Shown here in pieces: positions 23,951 through 34,890 of a stretch of 45,077 bases of DNA. Position 1 is the first letter of the stretch, and each line of letters starts with the position of its first letter. The notes below the pieces were generated by a model, which was given only the letters and a program-made list of their open reading frames with translations, ran no database searches and was not told the origin of the DNA. Source of the stretch: Corallochytrium limacisporum Hawaii (lineage: Eukaryota > Protista > Pluriformea); contig PDIP01000012.1 of the NCBI GenBank assembly GCA_002811645.1, forward strand, positions 1 to 45,077. The letters are read 5' to 3'. The position numbers and the translations under genes are program-made.

Positions 23951-25719
23951 GCTGCACACGGACTAATTCCAAGGGAGGACAAAGACGGCGGGGGACGCGG
24001 GCCGCGCTTGTGTTTTGCAAGTTTATCTTTGGGTCACGTAGGTGGATAAGGCTGGATCAACGGTGTTCTCACTACGTAACTACACGTACAAGTGGGGACC
24101 ACATGCTTCACAATTAGGAAGGGCCTCCTCTTAAGGGCTTCTTTAGAGGTGTCCTCAGGAGTGTGATGGTTGATCATGATGCTGAGCGAATTCAATACGA
24201 ACCCACGGTCAAATGGGGGAAACCGTCACTTTCCAAAAAGAAACCAAACCAGCCACGGAGTGTGACACGCACTGGGTGGTAGGGGAGGGCCCCGGGAATG
24301 TGCAGCCGTCCATTTTCGGTACCCAACGTACCACAATATATATCCCGAACTGTGGCCAAATTTTCTTCATTGGCTGACCTCTGCTAACCCAAAGACACGG
24401 GAGTCCATGGTGCGACAGAGGGCGGGAAAGAAGACGATGAGCAGTGCAACAAACCGGAACCCGGGAGCCACAGTGTACCATGCGCTTTCCATGCCGAGCG
24501 TATTGCTAAATCTTCTTATGGTAAAAACTCAAAGCACAAGCGGACTATCCTTTCGCATTGAGCATTCGGATTTTGGTCCAAAGTCAAGTAGGAAGGGGAC
24601 TGCGTAAGCTGTGCTTGATGGTGAATGTAGCGCCTTCACTCTTCCTGCGCTCTGGTCAGCTGATACGGACTTGAGCGAGATGGGAAAAAAACAGAAGAGG
24701 AAACAGAAAAATAGCACAAGCAAAATAATTGGGAAAAAAAAGAAAATTCTTCAAAGACGCTGGTTTTGTGTGTCTATGGCATATGTACCGAGGTTTCATG
24801 ACCTAGGAGACACGGGAGGGCGGACTTGGGCGGGTGTGAGAGCGAGCGACCGAGAAAAACAACGAGACCAAGACAGAGAGGGAAACCCGTGGAGGGGAGG
24901 GGGGGGAAAGGCCAAAAACTTGGTGCCATTGGCAATACTTTGAAGTCAGATGGTTGCTCCACACAGGTGGATCTTTGCTCTAATCATCCAGTGCTTGCCA
25001 TCCACTGTAAGGCCTTAGACGACTGAAACATTGCCTCCTGACGCCCTATGCTGAGGATGTACTATTCTATTCGTAGATGTTGGTATTGGTGTAGCGTGTT
25101 GTTGGCTGTATATGGTCTCAACAGCACACAGCTGTCTACTTCGCAGGAGTTTCTCGCTTTGTGGGCTGATGCTCCATGGCAGCGATCCTTTGCGAAAGGG
25201 GGGAGGGACGGCGCCACGAGAAACCATGGGCGACCAAATGCTGTCTAATATCCATACTTTGACTATAGAAAAAGGCGGCATCAGGAAATTAAGAGTTTTA
25301 TGGGCACTTAGGGCTTCGAAGGCCTGAGGAACCCAAATGGTTTGGAAACGGTTGCAAATTCTGGTGAAACTGCCGAAGAACCGCAAGGAAATTGAAAGGA
25401 GAACCAAGAAATAGTACCATAACGTAGTTAGATTAGAAACTCATGCAAAGCATGTCCAGCACTGTTTGTTAGCCGCCTTTCCTTTTTTATTCACAAAGTG
25501 TATGGAACGGTACGTAGTCATTCAATAGTGGACCTCCGCTCACAAAGGAGTGATATCAATGGGACTCCCAAGATCGAATTATCCTAATTTCCTCCATCTT
25601 TGATCAGTACGGTCAGTCTTGATGCTCCCGGTAAACATTTCCATTGAATTTCTATTGGTTTTTGCAGTGTTCATTGTATCCCTTTCATAACTGCGGCAAA
25701 GTCAAAGTACATAGGAAAC

Positions 25720-26700
25720 ACAGTGGAAAAAAAAAAGAAGAAGGAGGGTCAAGAAATGAGAGACACCGCCAGCCAACTTGGGCCCCGGGTAAAGAGAGAG
25801 AGAGAGAACAGAGAAAGTGCGATAGGCACAGAGAGAGAGAGAGAAAAGGGAGAGGGAAGAGAGCGCGGAAGGGTGCGGGAAGAGGCGGGCCCCGGGGGGG
25901 GGAGAAGAGGGAGAGGGACAGAGGGAGGGGGAAAAGGGGGGGTCGAGGCAAAGCCAAGCCAGGCGTACGGACTCGTGATCGTTCACAAATTGAAAAAAAA
26001 AAGGGAGAGAGAGGCAAAATATAGCACGGGAGGGTCCCGGAGAGGAAAAGGGGTAGGGGGGAAGGGGAAGGGGAAAAGGGACGTGCAAGAAAGAGAGAGA
26101 GGGGTATAGAGAGACCCGGTCCACCAGCCGTCGTGAACCAAATGAACCCCTCCCGTGACGGCCTGGAATTTTTTCTTTCGAACAATTTAAGAATTTTTAT
26201 AGTACAAAGAGGCTCTGGTTTGGAGTTTTCCGGAAAACTCGACCACCGGAGCGAGAACGTCGAGAAAGAAAGACAGGGGGAAAGGGTGGCAGGCGGGCGG
26301 GAAACGGTGAAAACCCCGAAGGAAAATGTAAAGGGCGGGAGAAGGGTGGTGAGTGTGTGGGGGGTGGCGAGNNNNNNNNNNNNNNNNNNNNNNNNNNNNN
26401 NNNNNNNNNNNNNNNNNNNNNNNNNNNNNNNNNNNNNNNNNNNNNNNNNNNNNNNNNNNNNNNNNNNNNNNNNNNNNNNNNNNNNNNNNNNNNNNNNNNN
26501 NNNNNNNNNNNNNNNNNNNNNNNNNNNNNNNNNNNNNNNNNNNNNNNNNNNNNNNNNNNNNNNNNNNNNNNNNNNNNNNNNNGGAAGGGGGGGGGGAACT
26601 AGACGCGGAGGGGGTGGAGGCCGGAAGCGAGCGAGAGGGGGGAGAGCGAGACAGATGGATCAAGAAAAAAAGAGGGGAAAAGGACCCAGGTTTCAAAATG
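25720..26700. repeat. Purine-rich (G/A) island including the gap at 26372-26582
   Basis: Strongly G/A-skewed plus strand with (GA)n and G runs; N run at 26372-26582. Confidence 0.85.
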
Positions 26701-26980
26701 AACTCCATCGATGCCTGCAGGAGATAGTCTTGGGGATTTTTCTTCTCTAAGTGCGGTTCTTATTGCGGTGCAGCGAATGGAAAGCATGATTGGAGTTTAT
26801 TGTAAGATAGATGGGATGAAGCGAAATGTTTTCCGAACGACGGTAGGATCAGGATCACAAAGGTATATAGGATCGGCATTTCATCAACATCAGGGAAGGT
26901 TGGAGGTGATCATTATCAAACAACAGTGAACTTGATAGTCATTAAGCAATCAGCTAGTTAAAGAAAGCCATTGCCATAGC

Positions 26981-26998
26981 ATGCGCTATTTGCCGTAG
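26981..26998 (+). promoter_or_regulatory. uORF (MRYLP*) abutting the bZIP start codon
   Basis: ATG CGC TAT TTG CCG TAG is followed immediately by ATG 26999 in the same frame. Confidence 0.45.
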
Positions 26999-28015
26999 AT
27001 GAATAATAACGGAAACAACTCCCAGCGCAACATTCAAGCAGCACATATCACGATCGCAAACCAGGAAACTAACAGAACAGCACACATGGAGATTTTGAAC
27101 CGCGGTGAAGAGCTTTTCGCATTCAACGCCATGAACGATGATAACAACCAGCACGAGCAGGGTGAGAACCTGAAGAACATGCTCAACACATTTTTGGATA
27201 ACCAGGGAGTCGAAGACTCTCTTGACGAAGGCCGCCCCTCGGCCGATCTCATGAGCGCAGACCTGCTGATGCCCATGCGCCAGCAGCGTCAGAGCCAACA
27301 GCTTCAAGCTGGCTCTGCGGGCAATTTGGCCTGGCCCACCAGTGGCATGGATAAGTGGAACAACTTTGTCATGCCCGTCCTGCACCAGCAGGAGAACACC
27401 CGCCAGGTCGACACTGGCGCCCTCTACAACAGCGCTCTTGGTGGTAGCGACACCCTTGGAGTCCAGACCCTGCTGCCTTCCATTCGTGAGGGAGCAGAGC
27501 AGTTCCCCAACAGCTGGACCCACGCCCCTAAGCGTGAGTCTCTGAACAAGTCTGCAATTCCCGGTTCCGCACCCGCGCTGCCTAATGAACCCGCTGACTA
27601 CTTCTTCCTGGAGTCTCGCAGCGACGAACAGGCCAAGGCAAAGAACGTTAAGGACGCCGCCAAGGCCAAGGCCAAGGATGCCAAGGCCTCTAGCAGCCTG
27701 CGCAAGAGCACCGAGAGTGCCATGTCATCTTCTAGCTCCTCCACTGAGGTCAAGAAGACCCCCAAGAAGCGCGGACGCAAGCCCATGGGTGACCCTGAGA
27801 CGCGTCGTCTGCGCAAGATGGAGCAAAACCGCCAGGCCGCTACTCGTCGCCGCCAGAGGAAGAAAAACGAAGAGGAGCAGATGAAGCAGGCCTTGAGCCA
27901 CGCCATGAAGGAGCAGCAGACTCTGCTCGCTGAAATTGGCCGTCTGCAAGCCCACATTCAGGACTTGAGCATGCGTCTCGCTGATAAGGAGCGTCAGTTG
28001 GCTGGCCGTCCTTAA
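26999..28015 (+). CDS. bZIP transcription factor, ATF4/ATF5-like (338 aa)
   Basis: C-terminal RRLRKMEQNRQAATRRRQRKKNEEEQM + leucine zipper, resembling ATF4 KKLKKMEQNKTAATRYRQKKRAEQE; KKRGRKP upstream of the basic region. Confidence 0.88.
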   Translation: MNNNGNNSQRNIQAAHITIANQETNRTAHMEILNRGEELFAFNAMNDDNNQHEQGENLKNMLNTFLDNQGVEDSLDEGRPSADLMSADLLMPMRQQRQSQQLQAGSAGNLAWPTSGMDKWNNFVMPVLHQQENTRQVDTGALYNSALGGSDTLGVQTLLPSIREGAEQFPNSWTHAPKRESLNKSAIPGSAPALPNEPADYFFLESRSDEQAKAKNVKDAAKAKAKDAKASSSLRKSTESAMSSSSSSTEVKKTPKKRGRKPMGDPETRRLRKMEQNRQAATRRRQRKKNEEEQMKQALSHAMKEQQTLLAEIGRLQAHIQDLSMRLADKERQLAGRP

Positions 28016-28216
28016 AATGCAGTGAGCAATTTATCAAAAACAAAACTTTCACAATCATTCCCGTTCAAACATAACTGTTAACACTAGTCATATTATTCTA
28101 GATGACCCATGGTTCGATCATAAAGAAATTTAAAATACAATCTCATAAGAATATCACAAATGAAAAAGAAATTAGTTCTGCAAATGCCTTTATATGTTTC
28201 TTCAATACTTCTTTAG

Positions 28217-28825
28217 TTATTCCCATTCTCCGATATACTCTCCGCTGAATTCCTCGCCATCGCTTTCAAGGTCCGGTTTTTCCACATCAAATCGTGACAT
28301 CAGCCTCTCAGAGATGCCAAACTGACGCAGCATCATGTATCGACGGTACTCGGAGCTCTGCAGAACTGGAGACGTCGACGAAGTTGATGATCCGCCTGAT
28401 TCGCCAATGCGATCCCGGATCTCGGTCCACAGTTCCTCAAAAGCATCGACCGCGGCTCCAGTCCAGCGTTCAGTGACATCCTCTAAATCGGGATGTTTCT
28501 TCCTGAAATCTATGGCATGCTTGTACTTGGCAACCTCGCCCTCCAGTATGCGAATCTTCTTCTGCAGCTCCCGAACTTCTTTGCGATCGCCACCGACCGG
28601 TGATTCCTTTTGCGCCCCGGATCTCAGTCCAGGATGCCTGAACGGTCTGAATCTCCCCTGGTTTCGTTTTGATGCTATTGACATTGGTGCTTTCAATGAC
28701 TTCGAATTTGGCTCTACCTCATTTTGGGTCAACTCCCGCAAGGGCGATGCTGCCGGAGAACCTGGCATGGCTTGATCCGTGGATACTACATGGTTTTCCA
28801 CCCGAGCATTCTGGCCATTTCCCAT
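28217..28825 (-). CDS. SFR1: Swi5-dependent recombination repair protein SFR1/Mei5-like
   Basis: RPFRHP motif, coiled coil, LEDVTERWTGAAVDAFEEL and MMLRQFGISERL match the Mei5/Sfr1 C-terminal pattern. First ATG is at 28825 (the ORF-track start at 28834 is TTG). Confidence 0.72.
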   Translation of the reverse strand: MGNGQNARVENHVVSTDQAMPGSPAASPLRELTQNEVEPNSKSLKAPMSIASKRNQGRFRPFRHPGLRSGAQKESPVGGDRKEVRELQKKIRILEGEVAKYKHAIDFRKKHPDLEDVTERWTGAAVDAFEELWTEIRDRIGESGGSSTSSTSPVLQSSEYRRYMMLRQFGISERLMSRFDVEKPDLESDGEEFSGEYIGEWE

Positions 28826-28959
28826 TCGCAACAAACACTACAGCACGTATTATGTAGTACCCTATTACATTACTGTACAAAAGATCATCGTACCTCCGAT
28901 CCGTTCTGCGTACGCACTCGACACCGATGGGTCTCATCAAGTCCCCGAAGGTTTCGCGC

Positions 28960-30980
28960 CTCCCCCAGGGCGGCGAGGAAGCCCTTCTTTGAAGACCAGT
29001 CGAAACCAACCCACCCTCCCCCGGGCGGGAGGGGGTGAGCCAAAAACCGTCCAACTTCCAGAATCCGTATGTCAAATTACCCCCAGCGTGATTAAAATAG
29101 GCCCCCGTTCCCTAAGGCTTTCGCGGGTCTGTACAGCCCGAGACGGGCAGAGAGGAGAGGAGGGGGGGAGAGAGAGAAAGACCGGGAGGGGACGGGCCAG
29201 GTATTGAAGCGGAACCGCACCAATTCGCCAGGAACAGTTCCGGCTCCAGTGACCCTCCAAGCGCAAGAAATTCCAATACATTCAATATTGAAATGAGAAG
29301 ACTCGGACCGAAAAAGGGCTTGGGGACGACCGCGCACGGCGTGCTCTGGTGGTAGTGAGACTGTTGCTTCGTCGGACCACCACGCCTTCCCCAACCAATT
29401 CGCCGCCGGGAGGGTTTGCCAAAAGTTAAAAAAAGCACATAAAAATACAGTACATTATCTATATACAAGCCAACAATATCTGAAATGCTTCTGTTCTGTA
29501 CCACCAATGCGAATAAAAAATTTCCTCCTCACCCCTGCAAACGCTCCCCCTCCGTTGCGGGTGCGGGTGTGTGTGTGTGTGTGTCTCTGGGTCGTGCAGA
29601 TCACCCGGCCCCCCCCTCCCCGGGGGGGAGGGAGGGTGGGGGTCGTTTCTCACTCTGGTAACTGTGCCTCTCCCCCTTCCCTTACCTAGCCCTTTGTTAT
29701 CTTTCTTATGTTTGTTTCTGTATTGTCGTTTCGAACCCCCCCCCCCGGCGGGGGGGATTTTTGTGTGTGTGTGTGTGTGGGTGCCGGTCTCTTGCCAAAA
29801 TCTTACAAAAAAAAAGCACCAGGGCCGCCGCCNNNNNNNNNNNNNNNNNNNNNNNNNNNNNNNNNNNNNNNNNNNNNNNNNNNNNNNNNNNNNNNNNNNN
29901 NNNNNNNNNNNNNNNNNNNNNNNNNNNNNNNNNNNNNNNNNNNNNNNNNNNNNNNNNNNNNNNNNNNNNNNNNNNNNNNNNNNNNNNNNNNNNNNNNNNN
30001 NNNNNNNNNNNNNNNNNNNNNNNNNNNNNNNNNNNNNNNNNNNNNNNNNNNNNNNNNNNNNNNNNNNNNNNNNNNNNNNNNNNNNNNNNNNNNNNNNNNN
30101 NNNNNNNNNNNNNNNNNNNNNNNNNNNNNNNNNNNNNNNNNNNNNNNNNNNNNNNNNNNNNGGGGGCTTCCCCGGGGCTTTAGCCCTCCCAACCTTCCGG
30201 AGGCGGAGGAAGGGAGGCCTACCCGCGCTGCACTCGTTGTTTTCATTTTCCGGTGGTACGCCACCGCCAAAGCCCCCGGGGGAGACGACCGGGAGCTCGC
30301 TCGCTCGCGCGCGGAGATGCGCGGAGGAAAAGACCGCGCGGACCGAAGATTTTTCGTCTTTTTTTTCTTTTTTTCGTCTATTTAGCCAGAAGGCCGGCCG
30401 GGTTTGGAGGAGGGAGGGCGAGCCTTTCTTCTCTCCCGCAACCCCCACCAACCCCCCTTTGCCCTGGGAAGTGCAGGTAGGCCGAAAGGAAAATCTTCGG
30501 CACAAAGGAGCAACAATTAAGAAAGAGACAGAGACGCGAAAAAAAACCAAAAGGAAAGAGACAGGAATTGGAAAGAATGACTCAATTCATTTCGTATTGC
30601 GGAAGGAGAATGAGGGGAGGAGGTCTGCTTTTACCTGCCCGTGAAATAGGAAGACAAAGAAAACTTGGAATTTTGGTGGCGGTTGGTGCATTCCATCACC
30701 GTAACCATTACTAAACTACGAACCGAAGAGTGGTGGTGCATTCTTCGCTGGCTTTCAAAGCCTGTTCATTTTGTTTTGTTGTCCTTTTTCTTTCTTTAGG
30801 CTTTTTGGATTGAACAAGAAGGACTTTGAGTGGGAGGCCAAGCACTAGGAACCCCAATGAACCAAAAAAAAAGAAAGAAGAAGACGAAGAACTAGCAGCA
30901 GCGGGGAGGAGGCACGGAGGCCAGTTTTGGCCGCGTGAGCCGAGCACTGAGAGAGCGGAACCCAAGAGCGAGACAGGGAG
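28960..30980. repeat. Low-complexity island cluster including the gap at 29833-30161
   Basis: C/G runs, (GT)n, A/T runs, N run. Confidence 0.75.
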
Positions 30981-30983
30981 AGA

Positions 30984-31093
30984 GAGTGAGTGAGTGAGTG
31001 AGTGAGTGAGTGAGTGAGTGAGTGAGTGAGTGAGTGAGTGAGTGAGTGAGTGAGTGAGTGAGTGAGTTAGTGAGTGAGTGAGTGAGTAAGTGA
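30984..31093 (+). repeat. (GAGT)n tetranucleotide microsatellite, about 27 units
   Basis: Near-perfect GAGT array with two variant units near the right end. Confidence 0.97.
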
Positions 31094-31099
31094 GGGCCC

Positions 31100-31680
31100 T
31101 GCGCAAGGATTGGGGCCCATTTCATCGCGCACACATGACCCGCCCGTTTCGAACCTTTGCCTTTGCGTGCGAGCGGGGCAAGCGGCACTTTTTTCGGTTG
31201 AACTTCGGTGGCATGGATAGGCGGTCTCCGCTGCACTGAGCCAGGTTGTCTGCTACTCAAATCATAGACACAGGCGACATGTAAGACCGCCTGATTGCCC
31301 TTCAACAGCCACCCCTCAAATCACGCATTCACGAAGGTGCGCACAGAGGCCAAGCCATGGTCCCGCACGCCCCTCTGCTTCCGCAGTCCGTTACCGGGAC
31401 TGGCTCTCTACATCCGTCTGCTCTGGTCTCCGTGTCGGTTGTCGCGGATTCCTAACATGCTCTCCTACGTCAAAGATTCCACAAACCCACAGGACTACCG
31501 TGTCTCAAAGTCCCAGCTGTCATTCATATCGGTTTTGACATCGTTCTTTTCATTCTTTTCCGTGACTTCTGTTATGCACTTGCTGTCGACTGATATTGAA
31601 AATACGGTTGCCATTCTATACGATGCGCGCATAGCGCTGTGGGACCATACTTCACATTCCCCGAAGGCGAGTTCGAATGA
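31100..31680 (-). mobile_element. Possible degenerate non-LTR fossil (linker to RT motif 1)
   Basis: IEWQPYFQ ('RW.EYF'), RASPGNGL ('KAPG.DG'), PLARKGKG..C..KWAPI ('P..KKG...C.NYRPI'). Confidence 0.35.
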
Positions 31681-33099
31681 GTGCCACTAACCGGATCGTC
31701 GGGCTCTGTCTCGCTCTCTCGCTCTCGCTCTCCGTGTCTCTCGGTTCCTGTTTTTTTTTTTTCTCTTTCCCGTCGCACAAAGCTCGAGACAAGACAAAAA
31801 CCCACACACATTCTCCCCATTCGAACTCGGATCATTCTCCTGTGCCAGTTAATATGTTGCACAAGTTTGTGTGTCGTTTTCATACGAATGCGTTTCCAAT
31901 ACTAGCAATACCCCCACCGCCTTCGATTCGATGCCTTGGTGGTTATGGGAAAATTGGCCACCGTGGCAGGCAAGAAACGGGCAGTGTTTTTTCCTTCTCA
32001 GCCCACCACCGTAGGCGATCTCCCCGTTTAGGGGGTGGTGCTCGTTCTAGCCGCTACCCGTAAACTGACTTTGCGCCCAGACCCTCTGTTCCTTTGCGAT
32101 TGTCGCCGCCGCTGCTGAGTGTCTGAGAATTTGTTGTGGGCGATGTGAGTGTAGGCACACAACTACCGATGTTCGCAGCCCCCACTTTGCCGGGTTCCCG
32201 AAAGAGCTAAGATGCCGGTAGACGGACACTTGTGGTGTGGTGGGGAGTGGGCAATTTGATGATGGGTGCGGCCGTGGGGGGTGGCCTGTGGATGTCAGTG
32301 TTGGATAAGGTGACGATCAGCAGGTGACAGCAGATGCAGCAGACAGTATTCTCGACCGACAGTATTCTCAATAGCAGCACGCACACAGTAGCTACTGGAG
32401 GCTGATACGGGAACCGCATTCTCATTAGAGATGGTCTGGGAAGTTGCACAGTTTATTCGTGTTTTTTTTAACTGTAGTCGTGTCACACACCGCTTCTGGG
32501 CTCGGACTTTTCACTCGGGGGCCCATCCCTGGAGGTCACATCTGGCTTGGCTTTCTTCTTCAACGATGATAATCCATAGTTGCGCTTCCCCTTATGGAGG
32601 TTTCCTCGTAAGGAATGACACAGCCCGTGTTACCCGAGCACAGTTGTGCCTCCTCCAGAGGTTTAATCACAGGACCGCGAATTGCCGGTTGCCGCGTCCG
32701 CAGGGTTTAGGACGTATCGTGTCTATTGAAATACGGGCTGTGGCTTCTGGCATCCTAGTGTCTGAGATGCTGAAAACAGTGTCGCGTTCACAGAAAGTCT
32801 GAGGCCGTGACGCCATTTCCGTGTGCGCAACTCTTCGTAATTCCGTGTCATACGGACACTTGTTGCGGAAGGCTTGAAACCGTTCCAGCCAGGGGAAAGC
32901 CTATCCTCAGGCGCTTCGCACGCTTGGTATCGACTCCTTGTGGGCCTAAAGAAACCTCTGCTTTACCGTGCTCAGGGTCTTGTCTCACTGTGCCTTCGAA
33001 TCTCGTACACCAGCTTCTCCTTTCCCCGGGGGGGTTACCTCCCATTTGGTGCAAATTGTTTCAGTTTACGGCGGGTGGCTGTTGGTCCCGATGAAAGGC

Positions 33100-33780
33100 A
33101 TCAAGCAAGCGCGTATTGCCGGGAATCGACACGAGCGGGTAGGAGGTTGTGCCTCTTTACTGTAAGACCTTGGACTCTTTGGGCGGAACGGACAATGTGC
33201 CACCAACGGGATATTGTCCATGATCTCCTAATGTACGTATCACGTACGACTCCCAGAGATTCACCAAAGGCAACCAGTAGGGCTCTTGCCACTCGCGCAA
33301 AGCCGGCTCGGACAACACCCAGCAAGGGGAAGGACTTCGGAGCAACGAATGCATACCACGCATCCCACACATGCACGCGGCAAACATGCTTCGCATACCA
33401 TTCCATATCATCCCACCTTTCCAGTACAGAGGAATCCATGATGGCTCGATTTGAGATTCGCATGTACGGGCGGACCGGGTTAATGAATGTGCATCGTTGC
33501 TTGACGGTGTTCACGTAGACAGCGCTGGATCTCAGAATTGATCTTGGAGATCTGCTGTACACTAGACTTTTGGCACTCGTTCTGCCCGTATCGAACGCAT
33601 CAAGTGCGCCACCACGCAGTCCAAGGTATCACCAAGTCTCTGATGTACATCCCATAAGCTTTTTGGGTACGTATTTTGTCCGTCACACACTCTGCCCCGA
33701 AAGTGTGGGTATCCGTAGAAGGACAAGAGATGATGTAACAAGCGGGTATTGAATGACTGAGCACAGCCAACCAACCGGGC
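33100..33780 (-). mobile_element. Degenerate non-LTR RT fossil
   Basis: QSFNTRLLHHLLSFYGYP (motif 3), DVHQRLGDTL (motif 4), KSFPLLGVV (motif 7), ARVARALLVAFGESLGVVRDTYI ('RI.KA..AFG.L..VW.D..I'). Confidence 0.5.
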
Positions 33781-33859
33781 AAGGGGGGCCAGGGGTTCAA
33801 AGGGAAACACAAGCCCGGTCGAACCATATTACGCTACGGTCTCGCTGCTGTTCCGTGGT

Positions 33860-34520
33860 AGGTAAGCCCCCATTCATGCGTTTTTTTTTTTTGGTTTTCT
33901 TCGTCTTTTCTCTTTAACGATTTCTATTTTGTTTCTATTTTTTTTTGGGGGGGTGGGGAAGGGGAGGGGTTCTGTTTTTGTCCCTCTCCCCTCTCCTTTG
34001 TCCGTCCCCCCTCTGGGCGCCCACGCTCTGCACTCACCCGCCCAAGGGGACAGAGAGAGAGAGAGAGAAAAAAAAAAGGAAATTGAAAAAAAAATAATGG
34101 AATGTCTTTCTTTTTTCATTTTCCTGCGCAGGAAATTAATTCATCATTGCTCGGGAGGCGAGGAGAGGCGCGAGGCAACAAAAAGCACGCACACAGCGCC
34201 GCCTGTCCAGGCAAAGGTCGGGCAGCACCTAAAAATGCCGCTCGAGAATGGACGGGACGACCGGCGGCGGGGTCGTGACCCTCTTTTTGTCGCAAGAGCG
34301 AGAGAGGGGTGAGAGAGAAGAGGGAGGCAGGGACACTGGCGGGACCCGCAAGGCGCAACGAACAGCATAAAAACTGGACCCCCCCCTCTCCCGGGGAGGG
34401 GGAGGGGGGGGCCCTCCTCTCGCTCTCTCTCCCTTGGCGGCGGTTCAGGGTGGTAGCCCGCCCGTGTGGGTGCGTTGTGGAATTGGTGCGTGGCTTCGGG
34501 TCGCACTACCCGCCCGCCGA
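33860..34520. repeat. Low-complexity island upstream of SECISBP2
   Basis: T, G, C and A runs and (GA)n. Confidence 0.8.
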
Positions 34521-34569
34521 GAACGAGTTGTCCTCCTAAAACCGATCGGGCCTCGGGTTCGATGGGTTA

Positions 34570-34830
34570 ATGGCGTGTTTGGCTTTTCTGGGCGTTTGGG
34601 TTATGGTTGTGAGCACGTACCAAAGACTTTGCGACAGGAACGAGTAGTCTGTGTTGCAGTGGTGTTGGTTGGTGTCGGTGATAGAAGGAATGAAGAATGT
34701 TTGGGCATCACACCGGTTGACAAATTCTTTCACGACCGCGAGCAAGGAATGAGAAAAGAAAGAAAGCCGAGTTTACATTTGAAGTTGCCTAAAGGCGGTG
34801 TAAATGATCTCGTGATGATGAACAGAGGGT
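34570..34830 (+). mobile_element. RTE-like C-terminal fossil abutting the SECISBP2 start
   Basis: One open frame reads GRLGYGCEHVPKTLRQER...GVGDRRNEECLGITPVDK, resembling RTE 'L.YGCE.W.LT..QE.R...GV...DR.RNE....G..P...K'. Confidence 0.5.
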
Positions 34831-34890
34831 GACAAAAGCAAAACTCGAATTCTTAGACAAGGCTCTAACCGCACATGGTATAGCCCAGCA

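Noticed and set aside
29459-30644. Long ORFs spanning N gaps and islands (also 6083-6777, 26133-26750, 37256-38096)
   Set aside because: Artefacts of N translation and stop-poor low-complexity DNA.
30711-31106. ORF with (THSL)n repeats
   Set aside because: Translation of the GAGT microsatellite.
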